Origin: Alphaproteobacteria bacterium
GTDB lineage: Bacteria > Pseudomonadota > Alphaproteobacteria > RF32 > CAG-239
Assembly (NCBI GenBank): GCA_045116295.1
Contig: JBGULQ010000003.1
Span: 17,393-81,392, forward strand
Direction: 5' to 3'
DNA: 64,000 nt
The notes beneath the pieces were generated by a model. It was not told the origin of the DNA. It ran no database searches and worked only from the letters and a program-made list of their open reading frames with translations. Below are positions 42,985 to 53,328 of the stretch, one piece after another. Each line of letters begins with the position of its first letter. Within the stretch, counting starts at the first letter, position 1. The position numbers were made by a program, and so were the translations under genes.

Positions 42985-43437
42985 TTAGAAGTATAACCTC
43001 GGAGTTTCGGTGATGAATTGCAGGAGTTTTTTGATGTAATCACACGTACCGTAGTAGTGGTGGTATGCACCTGTTGCTTCTGTACCGGCTTCATCAACCA
43101 CAACTTCATTTTTGGCAGCAGCTTTTTCGTACTGTTCAAACATGCTTGTGCAGAAAGGAGTGTAAAATACAAAATCGTCTTGGCAAGTGTACATTACTCG
43201 CAAATATCCCCGTCCATGTGTGATGGGGACAACGAGGTTCGAGTGTAGGGTGTGTACACTATTAACGTGTTGTTTGAAAAGGTACCAATCCTCTTGTGGA
43301 AAGGTGATTACAACAAGCCAGATACCCCCAAAACGTGCTGTCTTGATAATCTGCACCTGATAATGGTCGCCAATGGCTTTCTGCAAGTCTAAACGAAGCT
43401 GTTCAATTTGTTGTTCTGTAGGCTTTTTCATATTCAA
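42985..43437 (-). CDS. Hypothetical protein, tandem paralogue 1
   Basis: Aligns with 43556..44032 (QLRxDLQK-x-x-GD-x-Y-x-x-QIIKT-x-R-x-G...LVVIT; LRVMYTC). Confidence 0.75.
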   Translation of the reverse strand: MNMKKPTEQQIEQLRLDLQKAIGDHYQVQIIKTARFGGIWLVVITFPQEDWYLFKQHVNSVHTLHSNLVVPITHGRGYLRVMYTCQDDFVFYTPFCTSMFEQYEKAAAKNEVVVDEAGTEATGAYHHYYGTCDYIKKLLQFITETPRLYF

Positions 43438-43555
43438 TAATAGTTTAATAATTAAAATTGTCTGTAAAATATCATGTTTTTGTCTAATGTCAAGAAAAAT
43501 ACAAAAAACGCTGGAAACTGTGTTTCCAACGTTTTTTGTGTGTTACCCGGTGTGC

Positions 43556-44032
43556 TCAAAACCATATTTTTTTACTTTCGGTGATGAGTGTTATGAATTC
43601 TCTGATGTCATCACATTCATAGAAAAAACAGGCCCAGGGATTGCAGTGACGTGTATATGCTTGAACGTTAAACATTCTATGCCAGTTAAAGATGTTTGTT
43701 ACATAATCAATGAAAAGCACAAAATGGTTCTTGCAAGTGTACATCACTCGTAGATTCTCTTTGAATTTTTCCACTATTGGTAAGATATTACCGTAATGCA
43801 GTTGTCCTACACTGCTCTCATACGGAAAGTAGTAGGGAGAGTTTGGTACCTCATCACGGTAATCAAGGAAGGTGTCTTCAGCGTCTTCCGAGTAGGTGAT
43901 TACCACAAGGTGAATGTCACCAATGCGTTGTGTCTTGATAATTTGCAACGAGTATTGGTCGCCACAAACCTTTTGCAAGTCTGAACGCAATTGCTGAAGT
44001 TCAGCTTCTGTAAGCGTTGTATCCTTTTTCAT
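43556..44032 (-). CDS. Hypothetical protein, tandem paralogue 2
   Basis: See paralogue 1; each copy is followed by a near-identical terminator (about 42929-42968 and 43500-43540). Confidence 0.75.
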   Translation of the reverse strand: MKKDTTLTEAELQQLRSDLQKVCGDQYSLQIIKTQRIGDIHLVVITYSEDAEDTFLDYRDEVPNSPYYFPYESSVGQLHYGNILPIVEKFKENLRVMYTCKNHFVLFIDYVTNIFNWHRMFNVQAYTRHCNPWACFFYECDDIREFITLITESKKIWF

Positions 44033-44157
44033 ATAATAATGTTTTTATAATTTATTTTGCCTGTTGTGTATCTTATTTTTTGCCCAATGTCAATAAATAT
44101 CATTGCTAACAAAGTATTTGGTTGCTATAATCAGAGCAATTTGGGGAGAATGTTTTT

Positions 44158-44313
44158 ATGGCAGAAAAAAAGAAATCTCGCGCCGAGGAGCGTTTTGAAC
44201 GTGAGGCAAAAATGTTGCAACGTAACCTCGAAAAGCGCAAAAAACAACAAAAAGAACTTGATGAACTAAAAGCTAAAAAGGAGCAGAGCCAAAATGGACA
44301 GGCTAAGAATTAA
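44158..44313 (+). CDS. Small charged protein upstream of murA (51 aa; not in the ORF track)
   Basis: MAEKKKSRAEERFEREAKMLQRNLEKRKKQQKELDELKAKKEQSQNGQAKN, SD ggag. Resembles the small 'LRxNLxRRK' protein I recall upstream of murA in Alphaproteobacteria. Confidence 0.7.
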   Translation: MAEKKKSRAEERFEREAKMLQRNLEKRKKQQKELDELKAKKEQSQNGQAKN

Positions 44314-45592
44314 GGGCGGAAACAAGCTTAAAGGAAAAATTTATATCAGTGGGGCAAAAAATGCGGCTTTGCCGTTGATTTGTGCTTCTCTCCTGACTGA
44401 TGAAGCGGTTACGCTGACAAATATGCCGGTGTTGTCGGATATTAAGTCAATGAATGCTCTGTTGGAACAGTTGGGTACAAAAATAGAGAGCCACGATGAA
44501 ATTGTCGATGGAAATGCCTGCAAAAGCTACACTTATCACACGCTGAAGTTCGAAAGTTTGGTTGCGCCATATGATTATGTGCGCAAAATGCGTGCTTCGT
44601 ACTATGTCTTGGGTCCGTTGTTGGCGCGGCAGGGTTATGTTGAGTTGTCTTTGCCAGGGGGGTGTGCTATCGGTGCACGTCCGATGGATATCCATTTGTC
44701 AGCTTTGGAGCAAATGGGAGCTAACATTGAAATTAAAAACGGTTATGTGATTGCTAAAGTTGACGGACGTTTGAAAGGGGCGCATTTGGTGTTTAAGATT
44801 GCCTCTGTCGGTGCTACATGCAATGTTTTGATGGCCGCAGTTTTAGCTGAAGGTGAGACCATTATTGAAAATGCAGCAAGAGAACCCGAAATCGGTGATT
44901 TGGCTAAAATGCTTAATTCTATGGGTGCCAAAATCAGCGGTATTGATACGTCGGTGCTTAAAGTTGAAGGTGTTGAACGTTTGCATGGTACAATTCATAA
45001 AATTATTGCCGACAGAATCGAGGCCGGATCTTATGCAGTGGCGGCGGCAATTACACGTGGCTGTATAGAGCTGGTAAATGCTCAGGCAGAAACGTTGCAA
45101 ACCCCGATAAAGCTGTTACGTCAAACCGGTGTTAATGTTGAAGAAAGAGAACACTCAATTGTGGTTGATGCCGAGGGCTGTGAGCTTGTCGGACAAGATT
45201 TAATGACCGATTATTATCCGGGTTTTCCGACAGATTTGCAGGCTCAATTTTTGACTTTGATGTTGACTGCACACGGAGCTTCAATGGTTACGGAGACAAT
45301 TTTTGAAAATCGATTTATGCACGTGCCGGAGCTGTTGCGTATGGGAGCAAACATTAATGTACACGGGCACGCTTCGGCAATTGTGCGCGGAGTTGACAAG
45401 CTGTATGGGGCGCCGGTGATGGCGACTGATTTGCGAGCCTCGTTTGCCTTAGTGTTGGCGGGGTTGGTCGCAGAGGGTGAAACGATTGTTAATCGTATCT
45501 ATCATCTGGATCGTGGTTATGAAAAGTTAGAAGAAAAATTGCGCAGTGTCGGTGCCGATATTGTTAGGGAAAGTGATAAAGAGGAAGAATAG
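44294..45592 (+). CDS. murA: UDP-N-acetylglucosamine 1-carboxyvinyltransferase
   Basis: SGAKNAALP, RASYYVLGPL, LPGGCAIGARP, GFPTDLQAQ, IFENRFMH, ATDLRAS. Confidence 0.98.
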   Translation: MDRLRIKGGNKLKGKIYISGAKNAALPLICASLLTDEAVTLTNMPVLSDIKSMNALLEQLGTKIESHDEIVDGNACKSYTYHTLKFESLVAPYDYVRKMRASYYVLGPLLARQGYVELSLPGGCAIGARPMDIHLSALEQMGANIEIKNGYVIAKVDGRLKGAHLVFKIASVGATCNVLMAAVLAEGETIIENAAREPEIGDLAKMLNSMGAKISGIDTSVLKVEGVERLHGTIHKIIADRIEAGSYAVAAAITRGCIELVNAQAETLQTPIKLLRQTGVNVEEREHSIVVDAEGCELVGQDLMTDYYPGFPTDLQAQFLTLMLTAHGASMVTETIFENRFMHVPELLRMGANINVHGHASAIVRGVDKLYGAPVMATDLRASFALVLAGLVAEGETIVNRIYHLDRGYEKLEEKLRSVGADIVRESDKEEE

Positions 45593-46852
45593 ATGTTGCC
45601 TGAAGTTACAAAACTTAAGAACGGTTTGAGAGTGGCCAGTTTTTATTATCCGCAGTATGAAACAGTATCGCTGGGAGTTTGGGTTAATACCGGCTCGGCT
45701 TATGAGCCGGCGGAGCTTAACGGAATTTCACATTTTGTAGAGCATACGGTTTTTAAGGGAACAAAAAGCCGTTCGGCAATCGAAATTTCGGAAGCAATCG
45801 AAAATGTCGGTGGGCAAAGTAACGCCTATACGTCGCGTGAGTTTACGGCTTTTTACGCCAAAATGCTCAAAAATGATGCCGAGTTGGCAATGGACGTGTT
45901 GGCTGAGATGATGACTTGTCCAACGTTTTCGGAAGAAGAATTAATCAAAGAGCGTGAAGTGGTCGTGCAAGAGATTAAGCAGACGGCTGATGACCCGAGC
46001 GATATTATTTTTGATTATATGCAGGCGCAGGCTTTTGCGGGGCAGGCGATGGGACGTCCGATTTTGGGAACGCCGGAGCTGGTCAGAAGCTTTGGTGCCA
46101 AAGAGCTGCGCGGATATATGAAAAGTAATTATGCCGCAAATAATATGATGGTTTGTGCGGTGGGCAATATTAAGCACAATGATTTTGTAAAAATGGTTGA
46201 AAAACGCCTCGGCGGTGTTGCGGAAAAAACATCTTTTAAGGCAGATAAGCAAAAATATTGTGGAGGATATTTCGCCGAAAAACGTGATAACGAGCAAGCA
46301 CAGATCATTTTGGGATTTGACGGCTTTAGCTATCACGATGATGAGTATTATCCTGCGGCTTTGATGACCTCTATCTTAGGCGGTGGAATGTCATCACGAT
46401 TGTTTAAGGAAATCAGAGAAAAACGCGGGTTGGTATATTCGGTTTATTGTTTCCCGAATTATTATACTCAATCAGGGTTTACGGGGATTTCGGCAGCTAC
46501 CGACAAAGAACAAATTAATCAGATGATGCCGGTCATGATTGATGAAATCAAAAAAATAACTAACGAAAAAGTAGGTGTTGAGGAACTTGACAGGGCAAAA
46601 TCTCAACTGAAAGCCGGTATGCTGATGGGGTTGGAAAATTCGTCGGCAGTTGCGGAAAAGTTGGCGCGTCAACATTTATTGTTCGGTCGTTATGTTCCGG
46701 TTGATGAACAAGTGGCAAAGATTGAGGCGGTTACGCTCAATGATATTTTGACAACAGCGCAAAAAGTATTTGCAACTAAACCGACTTATGCTCTGGTCGG
46801 CAATATTGACGGGCATATGGAGTATGATGCTGTGTGTGAAAAACTGAAATAA
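45593..46852 (+). CDS. M16 (pitrilysin/MPP-like) zinc peptidase
   Basis: GISHFVEH (HxxEH), NAYTSRE, LGGGMSSRLF-x-EIREKRGLVY. Confidence 0.93.
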   Translation: MLPEVTKLKNGLRVASFYYPQYETVSLGVWVNTGSAYEPAELNGISHFVEHTVFKGTKSRSAIEISEAIENVGGQSNAYTSREFTAFYAKMLKNDAELAMDVLAEMMTCPTFSEEELIKEREVVVQEIKQTADDPSDIIFDYMQAQAFAGQAMGRPILGTPELVRSFGAKELRGYMKSNYAANNMMVCAVGNIKHNDFVKMVEKRLGGVAEKTSFKADKQKYCGGYFAEKRDNEQAQIILGFDGFSYHDDEYYPAALMTSILGGGMSSRLFKEIREKRGLVYSVYCFPNYYTQSGFTGISAATDKEQINQMMPVMIDEIKKITNEKVGVEELDRAKSQLKAGMLMGLENSSAVAEKLARQHLLFGRYVPVDEQVAKIEAVTLNDILTTAQKVFATKPTYALVGNIDGHMEYDAVCEKLK

Positions 46853-46866
46853 ACGGGAGACAAATA

Positions 46867-47940
46867 ATGTCACGTGCAGAAGATATTTTTCAAAAGTTGA
46901 TATATTTTGGTGAAGAGGCGATTGATGAGTTTATTGTAAACTCACAGAGCGAAGAATTGTTTTTGGACTTTAAGCAGGCTGATTCATTGGGAAAAAACGG
47001 AAATTCTTTACACAAAGATGATCGCCGCAATTTGGCAAAATGTATTTCAGGTTTCGGCAACTCGGAAGGCGGGGTTGTTGTGTGGGGTGTGGAGTGCTCT
47101 CGCAATGTGGAAATAGGTGATGTGGCAAGAGCCAAAGTGAAAGTGCAGAATGTACATCGTTTTTTGAGCTGGCTGGAAAACGCAATTTCGGGTTGTACTA
47201 TCCCAAGCCATAATAAAGTGCGCAACCATATTATCAGTGTTGATGAAAACGGAGCAGGTTTTGTAGCAACATATATTCCCAAGAGTGAGTTGGCACCGCT
47301 GATGACAACGGTTGGAAATACTTTTTATATCAGATCAGGATCAAATAATGTGCCGGCTCCGTACTCGGTATTGGCAGGAATGTTCGGAAGACGTCCGCAG
47401 GCTGATATTGACTTGTTGATTACGGATAAAAAACTGGAGATTTTGGAAAACAGCGAAGCCGATATTTTGTATCCGTCAAGCATTGATTGCCCTCCTGATA
47501 AATACATGAAAATCAGCTTTGTTATTCGCGGTAATAATGAAAGTAATGTGATTGCACGTGAGCTGTATTTGTCTTGTAACACAACTTCGGACGGCGGGGA
47601 TTATAACAAAGTAAGATTTTTGAATTATAATCAGATGGATACAATTGCCGGAGTAGAAGGGCAGCTGAATATTATTACTCGTCCGGAATTGCGCGTGCCG
47701 CCACGGAGTTCAGTAAAGTTTGCAACTGTAGAAATTATCTTGAGTCCATATGTGGAAGATGACTTTTTAATGGATGGTGTAGTCGGAGCAGACGGAACCG
47801 CCCCGAAAAACTTTAGAATTTATGCGCCGAAAAATCGCTTGCGCTCGTTCGTAGCCAAAGCAATGAAGGAAGATGTGGAAATTGATACTCAGGTGTTGCT
47901 GGGTGAGTTTTTTGGCGAGTTTGTAGTCGGAGACTTGTAA
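46867..47940 (+). CDS. Schlafen/AlbA_2-domain protein with C-terminal beta-rich domain
   Basis: [36 protein letters not shown]: the AlbA_2 core pattern. Confidence 0.85.
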   Translation: MSRAEDIFQKLIYFGEEAIDEFIVNSQSEELFLDFKQADSLGKNGNSLHKDDRRNLAKCISGFGNSEGGVVVWGVECSRNVEIGDVARAKVKVQNVHRFLSWLENAISGCTIPSHNKVRNHIISVDENGAGFVATYIPKSELAPLMTTVGNTFYIRSGSNNVPAPYSVLAGMFGRRPQADIDLLITDKKLEILENSEADILYPSSIDCPPDKYMKISFVIRGNNESNVIARELYLSCNTTSDGGDYNKVRFLNYNQMDTIAGVEGQLNIITRPELRVPPRSSVKFATVEIILSPYVEDDFLMDGVVGADGTAPKNFRIYAPKNRLRSFVAKAMKEDVEIDTQVLLGEFFGEFVVGDL

Positions 47941-47941
47941 T

Positions 47942-48382
47942 ATGCAAAGAGTTGAAATATTTACGGATGGAGCTTGTTCGGGAAATCCGGGAGCCGGCGG
48001 TTGGGGGGTGATATTACGTTGCCGTGATGTCGAAAAAGAGCTGTCAGGTGCCGAAAAAGAAACGACCAATAACCGTATGGAAATGACAGCGGTTATCAAC
48101 GCCCTGAAGGCATTGAAATGTCCGTGTAATATTACACTTTATACCGATAGCAAGTATGTGATGGATGGGGTTAATGAGTGGTTGCCGAACTGGAAAAAAA
48201 ACGGTTGGAAGACCGCAAACAAAAAGACTGCAGTTAAGAATGTTGATTTGTGGCAAGTGCTTGATGAGTTGCTGGGGCAACACAAAATTCGCTGGGTGTG
48301 GGTGAAAGGGCACAACGGACATCCGGAAAACGAACGTGTCGATACGCTGGCTCGAGAGGCAATTAAGACTCTGGCTGATTGA
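47942..48382 (+). CDS. rnhA: Ribonuclease HI
   Basis: [46 protein letters not shown]. Confidence 0.98.
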   Translation: MQRVEIFTDGACSGNPGAGGWGVILRCRDVEKELSGAEKETTNNRMEMTAVINALKALKCPCNITLYTDSKYVMDGVNEWLPNWKKNGWKTANKKTAVKNVDLWQVLDELLGQHKIRWVWVKGHNGHPENERVDTLAREAIKTLAD

Positions 48383-51038
48383 AGGCAAAGTTTGAAAGAA
48401 GATTTTTTATATTATATTCGTCAAGAGTATCTGGCAATACAAGACCATCAGGTGCGAGTGGAGCAAACAGGATGTTAAGCGGTAAGTTACTGCGGTGGTA
48501 TTTTTTCATAAATTCAAGCGTTTTTTGATGATTATGAGCAAGATTGATATTAAGTAGTTCGGTGTTATATTTTTTCATATATTCTGCAAAAGATTCTGAA
48601 GTTAATATCGTGTTGTTGTATTTACACTTAAAACACCAGGGAGCGTTTATATTTACAAGTGTTGATTCTCCCTTTTGCAGGCGGCTGTTTATCTCGTTAA
48701 GATTGATTTCTGAAGTCGGAGTCTGGCTAATCTGACGATTAAAGGCATGAGATATGTCGAGTGCTGATATGATGTATACTACAAATGTTAAACCGATGAA
48801 AATTATGGTAAATACTCGGCGCATTAATATGCTTTCATCCGGTGTAAGGTCGTCGTAGACATTTTTTTGATTTATTGTATGTGTTGCCAGTAGAAAACTT
48901 GCTAAAACAAGGTAAATAACAAGGCGAATCAATGTCCAAGCACTGGTTTGGGTTTTTATGATAACCAATAACCATACAATGGCAATTAAAAGTACATAAT
49001 TTGTAAGTTTTTTCAGTGATTTCATCCATGTATCAGGTGCAGGAATGAAGAAAATAAGTGCAGGTATCAGATATAAAAACAGATATGGCAGTGACAAACC
49101 AAGTGCAATAGCTGTTAAGGTCAGGAAGATATCGCTTGCTGTGCCGGTGAGAGCGTAACCGATTGTTGAACCCAAATAGGGGGATGTGCTGATTGAAGCC
49201 ATTGCAACAATAAAGACACCGCTTAAAAAATATTTTATTTTTTTGAAAAGGGTTGAAGTAACCAATTTTTGCAAACGTTCTGAAAAGATAAAAACAATCC
49301 CGTTATTGATGGTAAATAACAGCAACAGCAGAATGAAAATTGCGGTTATATGCAAAGTGCCATTCTGAAATTGCATACCCCATCCGAAGAGGTAGCCAGA
49401 ACGACTCATAAAAATTATGATTCCGGCTAATAAAAATGTAGTAACAAAAATTCCGTTAAGGGTGAATTTGGCGTTGTCTTTCAAATTTTGTTTGGTACGA
49501 GCCCCGAATTTGGTCAATGACAGAATTTTTAGGGCAAGAAAAGGAAAAACAAAAGGCGTAAAATTGAGAAGAATGCCGCTTAGTATGGCGAGCAGTATAA
49601 ATTTTAGGGTTAACAATGGTGGATTAGCGTTTTCTGTGGCTTCATCAATTTGTAGTAATGAGGCGTTACGGATTGAATATTTGTTGTTGAGTTTGGCCGT
49701 AATTTCGATGATTTTATTTTGCAGGTCACTTTCGGCGTTTAAGGGCAGAAATCTTGCAATGATTCGGTTGTTATCAATATAGGTACGAGGAGCCTGAAAA
49801 GCAATGTTATCGGGAGAATCTATAAATATGGCAAATGATGAAATGTCTTTGTGCGCAATTAAACTGATTTCTACAAAATTGCCAACGTTGGGCAGATTGC
49901 GGATTTTTATGTTTTCAATTTGCAAATATGGATCAGTTTCTGTCGGAAGAGACAGGTGTCGCTGAGTTATAAATGTATCAACTGAGCTGCTACGAGAATA
50001 TTCCGGCTGTAATGTTAGCTGTGAAGAAAAGTTTTCGGTTTGGCAAAGTAAATCAGCATTACAAACATCAAGAACTATGCTGGCGTTTAAGTTTAGCGGT
50101 TTTTCCGGGTCTTCAACCTCAAATGTTACGGGGATTGGAAGCTCGCGTGCATAGACAGTCCAGTCATTGTGATGTTCATCATTTAATCTTAACGGAGTAG
50201 GAAGAGATAAGTTCCAATTTTTTAAGTTTTGGGAGCCGGCAAATGAAATTTGAGGTTTATGATAACGACCGTCGTTGCCGATTATTAGTATGTCATGCGG
50301 AAATTGAATATCAATAACACCTTGTATTTTTGGAGAATCTTTGACACCGGTTTGTGAGGTTATTATGCGGGAAGATATTTTGTCTTTTTTGAACCAAGGC
50401 CCAATTCCCTTTTTGCCGGTAAGAGGACTGGGATATAAGATGTCATAAAACAATATTTCACTAAATTTTACGCGGGCGGCAATGTATTTAAGCTCATCAA
50501 AATCTCCTTTGCTGTTGGCAGAGTATGCGTCACGTATAATTTTGGCATTGTAGGAATCAATGTCTTTTTTGTTGCCGCTGTATGGTACTATGGTTTTGAT
50601 ATCGGAAATGACGACAACATCATCATTGGGCACATAATCGGGCTGGTTGTCGTGTTCAAAATATTCGCTATCGTCGACAATCAGTGGCGGTTCTTTTGGG
50701 GTTAGAAGTTCTTCTTTATATTTATCTATGGCTTTTTTAGCGGTGCGGTAGATGACAAGGTAATCGCGAATCCTAGATTGAAAATTTATTACTTGTTGCG
50801 GAGACAAGTTAGGAAAAAGAGTTTCAATGTCTTCCGTCATGTCTTCGTTTATTTTATTTTCAGGGTACTTTTCATCGAAAAATTTGGCGGTTTTAATGAT
50901 TTGATCTATTGTGTGGCCAAAATCAGCATCGGGATCGCTGACGGTGTTGGCGCGCATAAAATCCTGCGCATCGGTGGCGTTGACCCCGTTGATACAACAA
51001 AAAATACACAGAAATAAAATTGCAATTTTTTTTATCAT
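48363..51038 (-). CDS. DsbD/ScsB-like protein-disulfide reductase with N-terminal extension, membrane-domain cysteines absent
   Basis: Signal peptide, DsbD-N-like C-x5-C pair, about 8 TMs, thioredoxin WCFKC. TM motifs read NFTPFVFP and SISTSPYLG. Confidence 0.8.
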   Translation of the reverse strand: MIKKIAILFLCIFCCINGVNATDAQDFMRANTVSDPDADFGHTIDQIIKTAKFFDEKYPENKINEDMTEDIETLFPNLSPQQVINFQSRIRDYLVIYRTAKKAIDKYKEELLTPKEPPLIVDDSEYFEHDNQPDYVPNDDVVVISDIKTIVPYSGNKKDIDSYNAKIIRDAYSANSKGDFDELKYIAARVKFSEILFYDILYPSPLTGKKGIGPWFKKDKISSRIITSQTGVKDSPKIQGVIDIQFPHDILIIGNDGRYHKPQISFAGSQNLKNWNLSLPTPLRLNDEHHNDWTVYARELPIPVTFEVEDPEKPLNLNASIVLDVCNADLLCQTENFSSQLTLQPEYSRSSSVDTFITQRHLSLPTETDPYLQIENIKIRNLPNVGNFVEISLIAHKDISSFAIFIDSPDNIAFQAPRTYIDNNRIIARFLPLNAESDLQNKIIEITAKLNNKYSIRNASLLQIDEATENANPPLLTLKFILLAILSGILLNFTPFVFPFLALKILSLTKFGARTKQNLKDNAKFTLNGIFVTTFLLAGIIIFMSRSGYLFGWGMQFQNGTLHITAIFILLLLLFTINNGIVFIFSERLQKLVTSTLFKKIKYFLSGVFIVAMASISTSPYLGSTIGYALTGTASDIFLTLTAIALGLSLPYLFLYLIPALIFFIPAPDTWMKSLKKLTNYVLLIAIVWLLVIIKTQTSAWTLIRLVIYLVLASFLLATHTINQKNVYDDLTPDESILMRRVFTIIFIGLTFVVYIISALDISHAFNRQISQTPTSEINLNEINSRLQKGESTLVNINAPWCFKCKYNNTILTSESFAEYMKKYNTELLNINLAHNHQKTLEFMKKYHRSNLPLNILFAPLAPDGLVLPDTLDEYNIKNLLSNFAFNQPES

Positions 51039-51117
51039 CTTTTTTATAAATAGTTTAAAAACATCAAAATTTATGATATTATATAATATAGTGTTTAACA
51101 AATGGTATAGTGCGACA

Positions 51118-51684
51118 ATGGATAGTAATTATTTGATTGGAAAATGTCTGGTAGCAATGCCGGGGCTTGAAGATGAAAGATTTGAAAAATCTGTGGTCTA
51201 TCTGTGTGCTCATAGCCAAGATGGGGCGATGGGGTTTGTCGTGAATCGTCAAATTAGGGAATTTTATTTTTCTGATTTAGTAAGTCAGTTTAATATCGGT
51301 GGTAAGGGGTTGGCTCCGGTTGCACCGATTATATTACATAAAGGCGGTCCTTTGGAACAGATCAGAGGTTTTGTGTTGCATAGCTTGGATTATAAAAGTG
51401 AAGGAACAATTGCAATTGACGATAAATTTGCTGTATCTTCTTCAATATCCGTGCTTAATGATATTGCATTCGGTAATGGTCCGGTATTTAATTTGATTGC
51501 TCTGGGGTATAGCAGTTGGAGCCCTCAACAGTTGGAAAGTGAGATTATTGATAATCAATGGTTGATTGCTGAGGCTACACCGGAGCTTTTGTTCAAAACT
51601 CCTGATGATGACAAATGGCAACGGGCAATTGACGAGCTTGGTTTTGATGTAAATAATATTTGTCGCAGAACCGGTAGAGCTTAA
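51118..51684 (+). CDS. yqgE: YqgE/AlgH family protein
   Basis: LVAMPGLEDERFEKSVVYLCAHS-x-DGAMG, GGP, LGYSSWSPQQLE-x-EI-x-x-N-x-W. Confidence 0.92.
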   Translation: MDSNYLIGKCLVAMPGLEDERFEKSVVYLCAHSQDGAMGFVVNRQIREFYFSDLVSQFNIGGKGLAPVAPIILHKGGPLEQIRGFVLHSLDYKSEGTIAIDDKFAVSSSISVLNDIAFGNGPVFNLIALGYSSWSPQQLESEIIDNQWLIAEATPELLFKTPDDDKWQRAIDELGFDVNNICRRTGRA

Positions 51685-51726
51685 AAATGTGTTATAAAAA
51701 AAAGCAACCTTTCGGTTGCTTTTTTA

Positions 51727-52413
51727 TTATTTGTTTTCATCAGGATCTCGTAATACGTATCCGCGTCCCCAAACGGTTTCAATATAGTTTTTACCGCCGG
51801 AAGCTTTTTCGAGCTTTTTACGCAATTTGCAAATGAAGACATCAATGATTTTGAGTTCAGGTTCATCAATGCCACCATAAAGATGGTTTAAGAATTGATC
51901 TTTATTCAGAGTTGAGCCTTTGCGGAGGGATAACAGCTCCATAATGCCATATTCTTTACCGGTGAGGTGCATATTTTCACCTTTGATGCTGACGGTTTGA
52001 GTATCAAGGTTGACTTCAACGTCACCAGTGCGAATTATGGAATTGGAGTGTCCTTTTGAACGGCGAACAACAGCTTGAATACGGGCTAACAATTCGGCAC
52101 GGTCAAATGGTTTGGTCAGGTAGTCATCAGCACCATATCCGAGACCTTTGACTTTTTTGTCAGGACCGGTCAGACCTGAAAGAATAAGGACCGGTGTTTC
52201 AATCTTGGCTGAACGTAGGCGTTTAAGTACTTCATAGCCGTTGATATCAGGAAGCATTAAATCAAGAATAATAATGTCATAGTCATATAATTTTCCGATT
52301 TCAAGTCCATCCTCTCCGAGATCTGTAGTATCAATAATCATGCCTTCTTTTTTGAGCATGGTTTCAATGCTTTGAGAGACAGCGTAATCGTCTTCGACCA
52401 ATAAAACGCGCAT
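51727..52413 (-). CDS. ctrA: Cell-cycle response regulator CtrA
   Basis: MRVLLVEDD...[22 protein letters not shown]...[25 protein letters not shown]...ETVWGRGY. Confidence 0.97.
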   Translation of the reverse strand: MRVLLVEDDYAVSQSIETMLKKEGMIIDTTDLGEDGLEIGKLYDYDIIILDLMLPDINGYEVLKRLRSAKIETPVLILSGLTGPDKKVKGLGYGADDYLTKPFDRAELLARIQAVVRRSKGHSNSIIRTGDVEVNLDTQTVSIKGENMHLTGKEYGIMELLSLRKGSTLNKDQFLNHLYGGIDEPELKIIDVFICKLRKKLEKASGGKNYIETVWGRGYVLRDPDENK

Positions 52414-52557
52414 TGTAAAAATCCTCCTCAACAAATATATTTATGTTGTTATCATACAAACGATTTTTATAATTGTTAACTTTTTTTAGAGGATGTTAAC
52501 AATTATTAACAACTTTTTTTTATAATGGGCAAAATGTTTGAAAAAACGGAGGTAAAA

Positions 52558-53127
52558 ATGGCTTTTGAAATGGTAAAACTTCCCTATGAAATGAAGGACT
52601 TGGAACCTTATGTGTCTGAGCAGACTTTCAATTATCATTACGGCAAGCACTATAAAACATATGTTGATAATTTGAACAAAGCTATCATCGGTACTATATT
52701 TGAAAATATGTCATTGGCTGATATAGTCGTAAAAACCGCCGGCAAACCGGAATATACCGCAATATTTAATAATGCAGCACAGACATGGAATCATGAGTTC
52801 TTTTGGAAATCAATGCGCAAAAACGGAGGCGGAGAGCCTAAGGCCGAGATGAAACAACGTCTGGAAAAAGATTTTGGCTCGGTTGAAAAGTTTAAGGAAG
52901 TCTTTAAGGCGGCGGCTGTCGGGCAATTTGGCAGCGGTTGGGCTTGGCTGGTCGACAATGGCGGAAAGCTTGAAGTTATGAAAACAGCAAATGCTGATAA
53001 TCCACTGGCTCATGGAATGAAGCCGTTGCTGACAATTGATGTTTGGGAGCACGCATATTATTTGGACTATCAAAACCGCCGTGCAGACTTTGTTGATACA
53101 TTTCTTGAACAGCTTGTAAACTGGTGA
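52558..53127 (+). CDS. sodB: Fe/Mn superoxide dismutase (probably Fe)
   Basis: HYGKHYKTYV, FNNAAQTWNHEFFW, GQFGSGWAWL, DVWEHAYYLDY. Confidence 0.93.
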   Translation: MAFEMVKLPYEMKDLEPYVSEQTFNYHYGKHYKTYVDNLNKAIIGTIFENMSLADIVVKTAGKPEYTAIFNNAAQTWNHEFFWKSMRKNGGGEPKAEMKQRLEKDFGSVEKFKEVFKAAAVGQFGSGWAWLVDNGGKLEVMKTANADNPLAHGMKPLLTIDVWEHAYYLDYQNRRADFVDTFLEQLVNW

Positions 53128-53190
53128 TTGACAGATATGAAACCAGGATATAATTTGAACTAATAAAACAATAATTATGGAGATGCTTAA

Positions 53191-53328
53191 ATGAAAAAAG
53201 TTTATCCTTGTGGAAGTCAGCCGAAAAATATGCAGCAATTGTTGGATGCTGTTAATAAATATAGTCCTAAAGGCACAAAGAAAAAGCCATTACCGCATAT
53301 TGTTCATAAGCCAAGTAATCAATATTAA
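53191..53328 (+). CDS. Small hypothetical protein (45 aa; not in the ORF track)
   Basis: MKKVYPCGSQPKNMQQLLDAVNKYSPKGTKKKPLPHIVHKPSNQY; SD ggag; TAATG overlap with the next ORF. Confidence 0.5.
   Translation: MKKVYPCGSQPKNMQQLLDAVNKYSPKGTKKKPLPHIVHKPSNQY

Noticed and set aside
32655-44100. Prophage or ICE
   Set aside because: No integrase, terminase, capsid, relaxase or T4SS genes are recognisable.
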